From the NCBI GenBank assembly GCA_000182565.2, contig KQ257458.1: a stretch of DNA of 64,000 nt, one strand, 5' to 3'. The translations under genes and the position numbers were made by a program. The stretch comes from Spizellomyces punctatus DAOM BR117. Taxonomy: Eukaryota. Positions 1-13,641 of this stretch are shown here, piece by piece; within the stretch, counting starts at the first letter, position 1, and the number at the start of each line of letters is the position of its first letter. Below the pieces are notes generated by a model. That model saw only the letters and a program-made list of their open reading frames with translations. It had not been told where the DNA came from and ran no database searches.

Positions 1-1980
1 TTGTGGGCTTTCGGTGATGGTCAATATATTAAATTGCGCCATTTCGAACACAGTTAAACATACCAATACTAACTGCTTCTTCTCAGGAAGGGTTGCTGTT
101 CCGCTATTCGATCTAGTCAGGAGCACGTATTTCGTTTAGTTTCTGTGTGGGCCCTTAAAGAGAGCCAGAAAATATTTCATATACCCATAAGTCCTATTTC
201 TGCTAGCCAACTCTCCACTGCTTCGTAGAAAATCATTAGATCTTAGTTCTGAAGCACTGGAGGTCTCTTCCGGTTCGGAAACACTTGATGCGTCTGAATT
301 AGTCGCAGAGTCATCTTTTGCATTCTCTTCGTCCTCTTCATCCGTATCCATTTTCTTGGATGCAATAGGAAATGGCCCGGATGATGCTGCCGAGTTTGCA
401 AGCCGGCTCTGAGCCACACGAAGAGATTAGGGACATCATCAAGCTCGTAGTAAAGGTAGCATGCCAAGTAAAACCTTGAGCTCGCGAATCAACGCCTTTT
501 GAGAAACTTTGACCTGCCCCTCGCTTCCAATGGGATCGGAGGACGATCTTGGACGTTTTGTTGACACTTGATCCACTGGTTTGACGATCTCGTCGGATTT
601 CGTCTCAGTTAGGGTTGCGCCGCGCTTTCGGGTCTTGCTCAGGAGCTTACTGAAAACATTTCGTTGAGACGGCTGTGGATTCTCGCCTTGGATCGAGGGC
701 ATTGGGACACTGAAGACAATTGAGACGGTTGAGAAGCTTTCTGACAGAGAGCAAATGGGATGGAGACTGCTACCTGTCGTTTCCTATTATATTTGACGTA
801 TTGGAATCCTCAGTATTGTCATCAAGAGGGTCCTGAAATAAATCGGGTGCCTCGCTCGACTTCAAAATAATTCGGGGCTGAGTCTTGGATTTGCCATCTC
901 CCGAAGTATCCTCTTGTTTCTTTATGCTCGCATTTTTAATGTCTTCTTTGAACAAAAGATCTTCATCGGTTTCCTCCTGTAATTTGAGATTGCGCGAATT
1001 AGTACCTTCACTGCCTCGCATCTCGAAGCAGAAAGGAAGGAAATGATCCCAAACACACCCACGTACCAGGCACCTACCGCCCCAAACACCTCCCCAAAAT
1101 GATCCAAAACGAACGCCAAAACCTTTGAAACCACCAAGCTTTCTGCAAAGTAGGAAGTCTGATCGGTCCCTCCTCCGTATGTTGTGGAACTTCCCGGTTT
1201 GTTTGGCTCCGATGGACACCGAAAGATATTCGGAGCAAAGACGACTGAGATGTTTGATGTGGTCATTTTGTTTTCGGAAGAGTAGAATGCTACGCGGAGG
1301 AGGTATAGTAGAAGGTACTTGAACGCGGAGCGGTTTTGTGGAGGGAGTGTTTGCAGCACCATTTGCATGTCTTCAGCGGACCCTAGGTGGTTCATGAGCT
1401 TGTTAACAACGTGTCCGCTAAGAATATCAGAGAAGGAAATCTACGTATAGGATCATCTTACCTGCAGCATCTTGTAGCTCTTGGAAATATCGCTCAGGCA
1501 CCAGAGCTTCGGGCAACTCTCGTATCCATTGTTTGAAAAGGGAGGCAACAGAGGGTATGTCCTGCTCGGGCACGTCATAAAAGTCCACGGCACCCGCTGA
1601 GACGAGTATCGTTGTTTAGGGGTCCGTGAATTTGCATGCCTAAGTTTGGCTCACTACTTACTCTTCTCTATACGCTCCCTCAGATCCTTGACAACCTTGG
1701 TAGATCCTGCAACCCTAAAGATCCCTTCTGTTCGTAGAGCTATAGATCACAAGAATAATCAGCACGCTTGCAGCCATTGTGCCTGGTTTGGGCATGAGAT
1801 TATAGAATATGCACCCTGCTCTGAGCTTAAGAATGTAACAAATTTTCGTAGCACTGTCGGAACTTTAACTTCTTCACCGTCCTTTGCTAGCGCCTGGTCT
1901 CGTGCAGTCAGTACCTCCAGAGGAGAAGCGAAAACAGCTGGCGCAGCAGCCGCTGAAAAACGACGCAGGAATTTTTTCAT
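1..1980 (-). CDS. RhoGAP-domain protein, multi-exon, 3' end runs off the window
   Basis: Spliced translation gives VPTVLRKFVTFL..ALRTEGIFRVAGS (arginine finger) and LPPQNRSAFKYLLLYLLRVAFYSSENKMTTSNISVVFAPNIFR, both typical RhoGAP motifs; low-complexity C-terminal exons follow. Confidence 0.88.
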
Positions 1981-2524
1981 CTCAATCGATGGTCTCGAAA
2001 GACGATGTCAGCTACACGGCCAGTCAACTACTCTGACGCGGTCTCCGTAGGCGGAGGTTGCTGACATAAGGTTATTTGCTTAGAAAGCAAGGCACGTGGA
2101 TCGACTCCAAGTCCATCAGTTGGAACGTACTTGCCAAACTCAAGAGGTTCAGCATTGACGGGTATTATTGGAGGAGAAATGCTGTAGATGGGAGAAATGC
2201 CATTGACATCAAAGAACAGACCATCAGCAAGATCCTGCGAAGGCGTGCTTCACATGGGGAATGCAAGTGCAATATGCATACATAGACCCACATGCAGCAG
2301 CAGGTTAGGTTGGCCCAATCACCAAAAGCTCTGCGATGGCCCTGAGAGCTTCATGCCAGTTTGCGACAAACTTCCACCAAAAGGCCAATTTTTTATAATG
2401 GCTCTTTTTAGCCATTTTTATTTTGTTACTCTTTTGTCTGTCAATGTCGACGCTAACCGTCAGTCAAGCACCGTGGGTATCTCGCGCGTCACAAATCTGA
2501 CTGCAATCCGTACTGGCAAAGGAG

Positions 2525-4938
2525 ATGCCTGATCCAAACTCGCATCACGTCCACTTCAGCTCGTCCCGCGGCGAGCCAGCAGAGAACCACCACTCTCCAC
2601 CAGCAAAGCTCAAAACACTTCTAGACGAATTTGTGGCTTCGCATCCTTATAAACCTCAAGATGACGACGTTCAGGAAGACACAGGCAGAGACCTACATAG
2701 ACTCCACCACGGCATACATGAAATCCTCAGTCCAACGGAAAAGTTTCTGGTCCTTTTGGCATCCGCCCTGTATGCATACGGGACCCCTACGCATTTCCTT
2801 GCCAGACATATGCAAGACGTAGGTACAAACAAAGTCAAAGGACAACGCAGAAACTCTGCATTCATCGCGACACTAGGTAGCGAAAGGCTTGGGCCACGAA
2901 GCTCAGTTTGTGGTGCTGCCAACGTACATGCTGGTAGCTTTTAGAAAACGGAATCAGCCAGGTATGTAAATGGTATACTCTGGGGTCTTGACGACCGATG
3001 ACAGCTCCATTTTTGATTGCAGCATCCTATCCTCTGTTCTTTTCAACCACTAGCGGATTGGATATGTACAAATTGCAATTGGTTGACGAACTTGCCCGTC
3101 GTGTTGCATCCTATGCTTCCCAAGAGCCGCCCTTTGGCAATGTGTCGGCACGTAGCCGTGGCACTATGGACGGTGTACTCGATCCAAATTTAACTTCGAT
3201 TGGAAGACAGAGAAGCGGACTAGCGCGAGCGATGACAATGGGCGCTCTATCTGAGACGTTGGAACGTCAAGGCAGGGGAAGATGGCTGCGACAGAGGAGT
3301 GGAAGCGATGGACGAACGCCACGAAGCAGGTCCCTTCAGAGTTCATTTGCCAGACATGCGCATGATGTGCCAGCACCGGCAAATGTCACTACATCTCCCA
3401 TGACCTCCTCTCCGATTGATGCTCAATCTAACGACGTGGAACAAGGGGGAGAGGAGTCCTCCCACCCGCATAGGGAAGAGTCCGATCTAAGGGAGCAAAT
3501 CTTGCATCTTGCGAGTTTTGGGCCTGGTAAGCAGATGTATCTGGCGTTATCTCCGGTATCGCGTGCAGTCTTTGAATTTCATCGAAATTAAGGCTTCTTT
3601 GCGGGACCGTTTGGGAGTCTGAAAGCGCGTCATTCTGGCCGCCACAAGGACTCCGAAGGAGAGACCAGCGATAGCGAGAGTGATGTATCTCGCCCACTTC
3701 TTTCCAGAAAAAACGACCAATCAGCGTCCTACCAATCAACTGAGGGAGGAGTAAATGGAGCGACTAAAGATAAACATACTCGCAGACCATCAAGCGCAGA
3801 TCTAGCCGATGCGTTCGAGTCCATCGCTGTCGAAGATGCAACGAAGAGGCTGAAGCAGATTGTGTCTTTACCTGATCTTTATCCGGAGGTGAGATATTTC
3901 GATCGACGTCTTTTCCCCGTGAATCCTCATTTGATTTCTTCTATAGTGGTTCCAATTCATACTTGCGGGTGTTTCCTCAGGGTGTGGAGCAGGTCTGTTT
4001 TTTGGTGGAGGATGGTACGATGTCGCTGCGGCAGGTGTTTTTGGAACAATTGTTGGGGGCCTCGGTGGTGTATTTGAAGGACGACGAACTCTTGACAAAG
4101 TTTATCATGTACGTCATCAGTGAGACCGCGGCTACTTGGGATGCGTTGGCTAACGGGCATCTCGCAGTTCATCGGGGCCGTCTTTGTCGCTTTCGCTTCG
4201 CGTAGTTTGATTCACTTTGGAGTCCCTCTCTGCTACTCGGCCACAACGATATCGTCCATCATGTACCTCCTGCAAGGACTCACAATTACCCTCGCCCTAG
4301 TAGAACTAGCTACCCGTCACATGATCAGCGGGACAACGAGGTTGGCCTACGGGCTCACCATGACAGGTTTGATCGGATATGGTCTAGATCTAGGATCAAC
4401 ACTTGCTACACGCGTGCTTCACATCCCGAAGGTACCTGAGGAAGGGTCAGGCACATGTGCTGATCCTGTTACGCCTCTATGGCAATTAGTCCTGTTTCTG
4501 CCGACAAGTCTGGCTCTCAGCATGAGTATTAATGCCCACTTGTTGCAACTGCCTTTCATGACATTTATCTCTGCCATTGGATATGCGGTGTACTACTTAG
4601 CCGATCAGCTGGTGGCCGTAAACCTCTCCTCGGCAATTGGAGCCTTTGCTGTGGGCGTTGCGTCGAATGTGTACGCGCGGTGGACTGGAATACCTGCGAT
4701 CGTGGGAGATCTTGGTGGATTAAACATGTTATTTCCGGGTGGGTTGGCTGTGAGGGGAATCACGAAGGTGATTGAGGGTGTCAACATTGCGGAAGGTCTG
4801 GGGCTGATTACCACCGTAATGATTGTGGGATTAAGCCTGGGAGTAGGTCTGTTTATGGCTGGGGTCGTGGCCCCCTTACCAGCAGCGGAGATAAACAGAC
4901 GGCGAGGACAGCTGAACATGGAGATTTTGCACTTCTGA
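2525..4938 (+). CDS. ThrE/DUF1212 (PRM10-like) multi-pass membrane exporter, multi-exon
   Basis: FLVLLASALYAYGTPTH, GLDMYKLQLVDEL, LLQGLTITLALVELATRHMISGTTRL and LFPGGLAVRG motifs; ~10 hydrophobic segments in the C-terminal half. Confidence 0.85.
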
Positions 4939-6285
4939 TAGATTGCTAATATGGTCGCGGATTTGCAACATTCAAATAGGCCAGGCTTTGCAACATGTAT
5001 AGTTAGGATAGAGTATAAAGCTTGTGGATACTTGAGTGCACCCTTCATGAATATCTGGAAATGCCCATGCAGGGTATTACTGTTCAAGCAAATCCCAACA
5101 GAACTTGACATTTCACCGGAATGATATCAATTGGACAAGGCGGGTGGCTTAGCTACGTGTCAGGCCTGCAGATCCAGTACTAGGATTTCTTTATCGCTCT
5201 GATTATTGCCAGTCTTCAGACACAACAAAAGAACACTAGTGTCGTATTCATTCCTTCTTCATTCTTGCCTGGATAAATGCCCTGTGCTTGTTCTATTCAT
5301 GCGTCTCCCCTCTGCGCGGTGCGGACACAGGATTCTGGATTAGCAAAATCCACCAGTATGTAACTCATCTTGCAAATTCCTAACGGCATATGCTTCTCCG
5401 AGAATCTGCTGATATGACGATAGTGCGACGTGGTGACCTTGCCATCAACTTGTTAACATATGTCCAGTGACTTGAAACGGAAACGTTGGCGAGAACTTGG
5501 GACAAATAAACGAACGATACGCCATTTTTCCTCAGCTTGAGATCGAATGTCTGTGAACAGCACGTCAAATGTTGACAGGTCTCGCTACCCCACTCACTAG
5601 GTTTGGCATCAGAGAGGTCAAGGCGGGTTCTAGGGTTATGTCATTAATGTCATTTGGCGTATACTCTTTCAGTCCGAGATTGTACACCATAGGATGTTGA
5701 CGTTGAAGCTGACGATAGCCCGTGGTTTAAACATATGGTGTACATCATATTAGCAAGGTACAGCAAGGTACATCTGAATCCAGCTTACAAAATGTAATTT
5801 CGGGATTTATCGATGCTGTCCACGCAAATGACCTATCACGCTGGTTGGAAGAATTAGGTGAGTGTCACCTATTATGACAGGCATTCGTCCCAGAGGATTT
5901 ATGGCTAGATGTACATCGATATTCACTAGTGGGGCAGGATGGGCCATAAGCAAATGTTGGTTTTGCCTTATTTAAATGAAAGATGCGCTACATGATTTTC
6001 ACATCGAGCGATTCCATATTCGCGGAAAGTTGTTATCCGGCCATATTTTCAGATATGTCCCAACCCGGGAACATAGTGGGTGGGCCAGAAAGACTGTCAG
6101 TCTGCAGATAGATGCAGCCACTGGATCGAATGAAATGAAATGCAAGATGCCTCCCTCGATTTAGACAAATGAACTATGGACAAAAGATGCTCCATCATGA
6201 GAAAACGGGTCCAATATACAATGAACAGATTGCAATTACTATCCCTCTGCGGCCATCTATGAGAGGAATATTCGCAGCTGCCACT

Positions 6286-6565
6286 NNNNNNNNNNNNNNN
6301 NNNNNNNNNNNNNNNNNNNNNNNNNNNNNNNNNNNNNNNNNNNNNNNNNNNNNNNNNNNNNNNNNNNNNNNNNNNNNNNNNNNNNNNNNNNNNNNNNNNN
6401 NNNNNNNNNNNNNNNNNNNNNNNNNNNNNNNNNNNNNNNNNNNNNNNNNNNNNNNNNNNNNNNNNNNNNNNNNNNNNNNNNNNNNNNNNNNNNNNNNNNN
6501 NNNNNNNNNNNNNNNNNNNNNNNNNNNNNNNNNNNNNNNNNNNNNNNNNNNNNNNNNNNNNNNNN
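6286..6565. other. Assembly gap (280 N)
   Basis: Run of N in the sequence. Confidence 1.
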
Positions 6566-6789
6566 GGAATCAAAGGGCTAGTAGGATTTCTCTCGTGGTG
6601 GTGGGCGCTAGTTACCCGGTTGACCAACTGTTATGTCCCACATGTGTAATTAGGCCTAGTGATAGTTTGTTACTTGTAAGGAGTTAGCTAGTTGGCTTTT
6701 CCGGGCTGGTTGTCGCCAGTCCAGTGGTTCAATCCACATTGGTGTATGGGTTGTGATATTAGTTCTTGCCAATACACTAAAAAGTCCAC

Positions 6790-9700
6790 ATGAAGTCGTT
6801 CATGTCCAAAGCGGGAGCGCTAGAAGCAATTCCTTCACCCAACTCGTCCTTCCCATGCCAGCAAGCGCTCTCCATACAGAATGTTGGCGGGGTGGTTGTT
6901 TCAAAAGCCTCTATGTTTGAGCAGGAACCTGGCAATGAGGAAAACTTTCCTTCCACGCGAGCAAGAGACCATGGCGAGATAAACCGTGCGCTTGAGAAAA
7001 CACACAAAGAGAAGCGGCACGACTATGGGGATGTTCCAGTGCTTCAGGCTGAGATAGAGGAGGAACTGAAGAATGCGAGACAGTTAGAGCATGACGGGTT
7101 CTACGGGAAGGCTCTGAAAACATGCCAAGGGCTTCTGGTGAAGGACCCCCAGTTGGGAGACTTGACTATGATTGAGAGAATACGGAACCTCGAGGTAGCT
7201 AAATAGAAGGAGTGCCCATATGTACACGTCAAACTGAATATTGCGACGGCCAACAGCGAAAGGTGGAATTAGTCAAAGAAAACAACGGATGGTATCCAAA
7301 CGCGAAGACGGGGTTCCATGAGCTACCAGGTATTCTACATAGTATTTATTTTGTCGCCTTTGTAGTCGCTACGTCAACTAATTGCCCTCGGGACATTTCT
7401 GCAGGCGGTTACAAGTTACCCTCGGCATTGTACGAACGCCTGTTTTCACATCAACGAGATGGTGTTAAATGGATGTGGAAGCTTTATGGGAACGAGCAGA
7501 TGGGTGGTACGTTCAAAGTAGTTGAAAGCGAATTTGGCTATATCTTGATTATTAAGAGGTATCCCAAAGGTATACTCGGTGACGACATGGGAATGGGGAA
7601 AACAATCCAGGTCATCTCGTTCCTAGTTGGATTATTTGCGTCAGGAATGGCTCGCCATATTTTGATCGCAATGTAAGTTTCATTTTGATCTTCTGGGATA
7701 CGTCTTCTCGTATTATGATACTTATCTCTGGTGGTTAGGCCCTTGGGACTCTAGAGACATGGAAAACGGAGTTCCGCAAATGGTCAGTGGAATTTCACAT
7801 TTCCCAATGGACATCATGCGCATGTTGGAAGCTCACATCTACCTTCGTTGGTTATCAATAGGTTTCCAACCATGCGAGGTAAGACAAAACGAGTCTGTTT
7901 CTGATATAAACATAATGTCAACATCTGATTGGATTACAAAGTGAAAGTATATCACGGATCACTGAGCACGATTGAGAAAGACTTGCGTGTTGTTTTAGAC
8001 AAGGGTGGAGTTCTCTTAACAACATATGGTAAACTGTAATCAGAAGTCAGATACCCTTGGTCTTGTCCTTCTCACTGTGTGATGCGTGCACCCTTAGATA
8101 AAATTCGTTTGAATTCCGGAAAGTTGTGTGGCGGGCCACAGCACGCATGGGACTATATTATCTTAGGTAAGGATATAGACTTGTTTATAACTGCAGCTCT
8201 CTAACAGATCGATATTTAAGATGAAGGGCACTACATCAAGAATCAAAGCTCACAGAAGGCTAAAGCCGTGCGTCAAATTCCCGCAAAGCACAGACTCTTG
8301 CTTTCTGGTAAGCTTCAGGAGGCACGTTTCCCTTCGAAGGGTTGTTTGCTGAACTAGTCCGTATGGTACATGCTACAAAGGGACCCCGATTCAGAATAAT
8401 ATGGAAGAGCTGTGTAAGCATTGAACTGGATGTCATTAATTCTTATGCTCGCATAGTTATTCGGAATTGTATCGGTACCTAAATAACAGGGTCCCTATTT
8501 GACTACGTTTGCAATGGAAACCTACTTTCGAGCAAGCGCAATTTTATGAAGCATTTTGGCAATCATATCAAAAAAGTACGTTGAATAGAAAATTCTATAT
8601 TTCATTCCGCTATAACATTTCGGTTGGACTTCTAGGGCGAAGCACGCGACGCAACCCCCGAGGAAAAGCAGGTGGCGAACCAAATTGCCGAAGCCCTTCG
8701 CAATCTTATTGCACCCTACTTCATCCGCCGCGAAAAGTCGCTGCTGCACCATCAAATCGCGCAACCGGAGAACACAGCCGTTGAAACGCCTGGATTGGCA
8801 CCCGATGTTAAAGTATTGGGAGAGAAAAAGGAATTAGCAGTCTGGGTGGCAATGACGGAGGTGCAGATCGCATTGTACCAGGCCTTCCTGACTAACCTTA
8901 ACATGTACGAGGTAATTGTTGATAAGGAGACACATTGTTATTCATTAATGATACTGAACATGAAACGGCACAGATTTTGAATCGCTCACGATCGCCACTT
9001 AGTGCTCTTGGAGTGCTGAAGAAGATCTGCGATCATCCCGCTTTGATGTCGCATTCTTTGCAAGACTGCGAAGCTTTGAACCTAGACGCAATGTAAAATA
9101 ATGGTTATCTTTTTGTATAAGGCCGCTTTTGTAATACTCTATCTTCATGATATCAGCGCGGCTCCCGAAAGCGACTTTCGAGAACTCTTGGCCCAAAGTG
9201 CCAAATTGCGCGTCACCGTTGAACTCGTGGAACATCTTCGACAAGAGGGACACCGTATGTTGCTAGTAGCTTCCAGTAGAAGAATGCTAGACATTGTGGA
9301 GAACTGCATCGCTGCTTTGGTTCGTGTTACCAAGCCTTTAAAATCCGATCAAAGATTCGGACTGAAAGGATCTTCATGACAGGGCATCACACATACGAGG
9401 ATTGATGGAACCATTACAGACCGCAAGGAGCGACAACGTCGGATTAATACCTTTAATAGAGATCCGAATTACAGTTGCTTTCTCCTTACGACACAGGTCG
9501 CTATTGGCATCACGTTGACTGGTGAGTATCGACCATTTCCGCGAGGGGGGGGGGGGGGCACAAGGCTCATAAATCCGTAAGCTAACGTCGCAATTGCGGT
9601 TCGAAAGGGGCGGATAGAGTTATCATGTGTGAGTGTTGTTCAGATACTACTCATGACACCACGGAACATCGTCCTTATGCTTATCATACTGCGTTCACTC

Positions 9701-11940
9701 AGATGATCCCTCTTGGAATCCCAAACGCGTACGTGATCGGTATATAATCATCTTGCTTCAAGCCGCTGCATTGACGGACTCTCACAACGATCACTAGGAT
9801 GCACAAGCTGTAGATCGGGCTTATCGTGTTGGCCAAGATAAGGATGTGATTGTTTATCGGATTTTGACGTGTGGAACGATGGAGGAGAAGGTCTATCGTA
9901 ATCAAGTGCGTACATTTGGCGTTGTGTGCTTGTATTGCGCGCCAACCATCTATGGCCCTAGGTGCGGAAGGACTATCTGGCAAAGATCGCGATGGAAAAG
10001 GGAAGCCAAACACGGTCTGTGGCTGCTAGGGACCTCCTCGGGCTTCTAATAGCGAGAGACTAACAACATCTCTTTTCATAGATATTTCACCCAATCAGAA
10101 CTGAAGGACTTGTTCACATTGGACGATCCAACGTTTTCGCAAACGCAGAGATATCTGTCTCGTCGACATCCAGTCGCCATGGGAGGCACTGACGAGTTTG
10201 AACATCACGTGGCACGGATCGAGCAGTTTGGTACATTGCGACTCTCCACGACGTAAGCAGACCACAAGTAACTCACTTGAACTCTGCAGATGCTGTCCGA
10301 GGTACCAGCCGACATGACCAATTATATACAATGAGCGAAGAACTGCAGGATGGGGAGCATCTTGGTGGCGCAAAACAAATGGTGCGGGACGATCGACGGC
10401 AGGCCATGCTGTCTTAGATGTACAAATCTTATGTTCTTTGCAGGTAGAGGAAGCCTTGAGGCAATTTGAAGATGAGCATGTTGTGTCAGACCGATATCCA
10501 AGCACCCCTGGCAGAGGTATGGATGCCAATGTGCCAGAGACGGGCAAGATTTGTTGATATCCCAGATGCTTTTTACCCACAGCGATACGGCTACGACCAA
10601 ATGTAAATAATGAAAGTGATATGGCGCTCGGTTCACGAACTTCGCCACGCGTACAAGGGAGAGGAAATCGGCAGTCTCCACAAAGAATACCGTTTGCTGA
10701 AGCCACCAATATGCGTATGGTGAAAGGCGATGGAGCCTGTGGGGATATGATCGAGAATGCACTTGATTCTCCTTCCCCGTTAACACGCAGGGGTCGGAGG
10801 CGCATACTGGAAGACGACGAAGATGAGGAGGGATCCAGCACCGGTGGTGCGGTCGAAGGAATCGACATGCTTTCGACACCTGAGCCAACGTCCCTGTCCC
10901 ACGAGACGCACTTTGATGGGGACTCGAAAGAGCTAGATGCACCGGGGACATCATTAGCAATGGGTCGCGACGAAGATGAGCAAGGCTGCAGCCTAGAGGA
11001 CGAACCTGCCGTCAGTGGCGTATTTCCAACAACTGATAGCGCCGTTGGTGGCCGTCTTGAGCAAGGTGGCCTTGCGGACATCGAAGTCACCGAATCACCT
11101 TCCCCGACTTTCCGGCGTATACGACGACGGCAAATCATTGTAGAAGAGGATGAGGAGGATGATACAGAGACGGGAAATCGGGGTGGTACAATGGATGCAG
11201 ATCTCATTGACAGTCTGCAGACCGCCATGGAAAACCTCGACATTCGTCAATCCCGTTCACACACAGATGAAGGCAACGCGTTTGAGCCAGCAGTTCATGT
11301 GCAAAGCTCAAGAAACGATGTTAAATTCGAAAAGGAGGACTTTGAAGCTAGTCATGGGCGCTTTTTTAGCGCAGTGGAGGACGAAAAGGATATGATATCT
11401 GAAGTGGCCGAAACATTGGCCTTTCAAAATGTCGAGGACGTTCATGGGGACGATGACAGGGTATTGTTAAATGACGGCGAATATGATGATAATATGGATT
11501 CCCAACTACATTCTGGGAGCTCGAACGTTAGCGCTGCCACGAATGCTGAAGAGGATTGGGGAACGAATGCGCCATCATGCGAGTCTTACACAGAAGTCCA
11601 AAATCCTATACCTCACAATTCAGATGGAAAAGCGATCAAATTCAGCGGTATGTAGCAAGGGTAGTATGGGAGTTGACAGTTCAGGAAACTCATATGTATT
11701 CCAGTTTGTCCAAATAGCCTGCATACCTCGTCGCTTTTCATCATTCGCAACTGTCGATGCCTACGTACTGACGACGAAATGGACGAATACGATGAACTCC
11801 TTTTCGCGTATCAACGACATATGAAAAAGCGCCAATATGATGAAGCGCTTCAGGCTATGAAGAATGCTTTGGAAATATGTGATGACGACGCTCGATGTTT
11901 CTGGGCAGTTTTAGTTTTGGGCTCGATGATATTTACTTAG
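6790..11940 (+). CDS. ERCC6L: SNF2-family DNA translocase, ERCC6L/PICH-like, many small exons
   Basis: GILGDDMGMGKT (motif I), ILDEGHYIKN (II), LLLSGTPIQNN (III), DPSWNP..DAQAVDRAYRVGQ (VI); ARDATPEEKQVANQIAEALRNLIAPYFIRREK; long acidic tail; TPR-like helices at both ends; stop TAG 11938-11940. Confidence 0.85.
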
Positions 11941-12097
11941 ACACTTAGCCTGTGACTTTTGGTTACCATGTAGAAATTTTCATTGAATGATAGATCATTC
12001 TCAACCACATCCACCTAACCCTCATCATAGATCGCTCCGCTACATTAAGCGAGAATCGCGACCATCCTCGTCATGCATGTGCTCAACCCACTTGGTA

Positions 12098-13020
12098 TCA
12101 TCCGTATTTTAAACCAGCACAAAATCCAACGATAAATGCACTAGCAAACGGTAGATCGGCTGTCAACCATCGCAGCACACTCTTGGACATCATGGTGACT
12201 CGGCTAGGCGGTACGTGGCCGTGCTCATCAGCACCCGCAACTTTGTTGAAGTACTTTTGACCTTTGGACCATTGAACAGTTATAAAACCCGCGTGGACAA
12301 GAAGCTACGGGCGAGTGGTTGGTATGATTTCAAACATGTTTCGCGAATGCCGTGAGCTTACCTGTAAGAGAACGAATCCAGCGCCAACCGCAAACGCCAC
12401 GAGCTTGCTAACCTTTTTGGTAAAGTATCCTGTACATATTCCCAATGCGCCCCCAAATGTCATGAGCTCAGGATTTGAGAACCACCTTGCTGGGGGAGAC
12501 GGAACTGTGTCATCCGCGTCCACTACTACTTCCTTTTGAGATGGATATGCTGAGAAAGGTTTTAATTCCTACTATGTCAGAAAATGTCGATGTCCGCATG
12601 GTGTGAGGTATACATACCCTTTGTTGGAGGAGATGGCGCTACCCAAACCGAAGCGGCAACGACTGCGCTGGTGCCTCCCAGAGCGGACAAAATCGCTGCC
12701 GTGAGAGATCTCGGTTTCTGACTCCGTCCTTCCTTTTGATCTTTGTGCGTTTCATGTCGCTGATTCTTCATTGGACATCGGGGCGCAACAAGGAGGTCAG
12801 GTGCAGAAAAGTGTATCGTTGCCCCTCTTCCGTGCAACGATCGTGAGCTTGAGAACATCAGCTGCGTCGTTGTCGCGCATGCTGCCCAGTGAGTTGACAA
12901 CGTTTTCTGCCCGCCGATTGCAGTTAGACGCTTCCCGGCTGACGCAACCAGATTGCTTGAAGTACACGTCCGTATCAAACTGCGGCCCATATGGGGAGCA
13001 GCAATGGGAAAAAGGTTCAT
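12098..13020 (-). CDS. FUN14: FUN14/FUNDC family mitochondrial outer-membrane protein, 3 exons
   Basis: FGGALGICTGYFTKKVSKLVAFAVGAGFVLLQ|LLVHAGFITVQW...DLPFASAFIVGFCAGLKYG*; start codon uncertain. Confidence 0.85.
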
Positions 13021-13641
13021 TTTGACAAAGCACCAGATAGATTTGCGTCCTTGCGTGAACGACTTCACTGTCGGCTCTGTCTATTTCAGGTGATGTTCCT
13101 GCTGGCGGAAACGCTCATTTGCTGCAACGTAAGAAAGACGAGAAATGGGCGAAGGTTGACTTGGCCGGTGACGTCATGATCTACCATTCTGGCGTCGAGT
13201 CGTTCCTCATCCTTTCACCTCTTCCACGGGCATATTGACCTGTCCTTTTATCTTCCCGCCGGTAATTGCCTCTTGGACGACATGAGCCCAGTACATGGCA
13301 CATCGGCCACATTACGCTGTCACGGTTTCAACGACGTGGTGGTCCCCAGGTGCGGAATGACAGCACGTCAACGGTCTGTTTGGAATCTGACTGACGAGGT
13401 AATAATTGTATTAAAGTCCGCAAAGCTCCCAAGGACCGCACTACTCTCATTGCCGATGCATTTTGTCTTGCCAGATTGAACATGCGTTCGTCCTCAGCGT
13501 CGCCCATGGTTGACACCACGTGATTGTAGCCACAAATATTGGTCCTCGGCTGGTACTGCTACAACCTGCATGACCTCAGCAATGTAATGTGAGTGGATTC
13601 CATCAGCGTTCCCCCATCGCCTTGATAGATCCTTTGAAAGG

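Noticed and set aside
2397-2417. AATGGCTCTTTTTAGCCATT hairpin resembling a histone mRNA stem-loop
   Set aside because: Lacks two bases of the 3' arm (consensus GGYYYT-TTTN-ARRRCC) and lies in a promoter region with no histone gene upstream
9545-9558. Poly-G run in a PICH intron (a G19 run also occurs at 55425-55443)
   Set aside because: Simple homopolymers; lengths unreliable and no evidence of function
10095-11243. 382-aa minus-strand ORF
   Set aside because: Antisense shadow of the acidic PICH exon (Ser/Pro-rich mirror composition)
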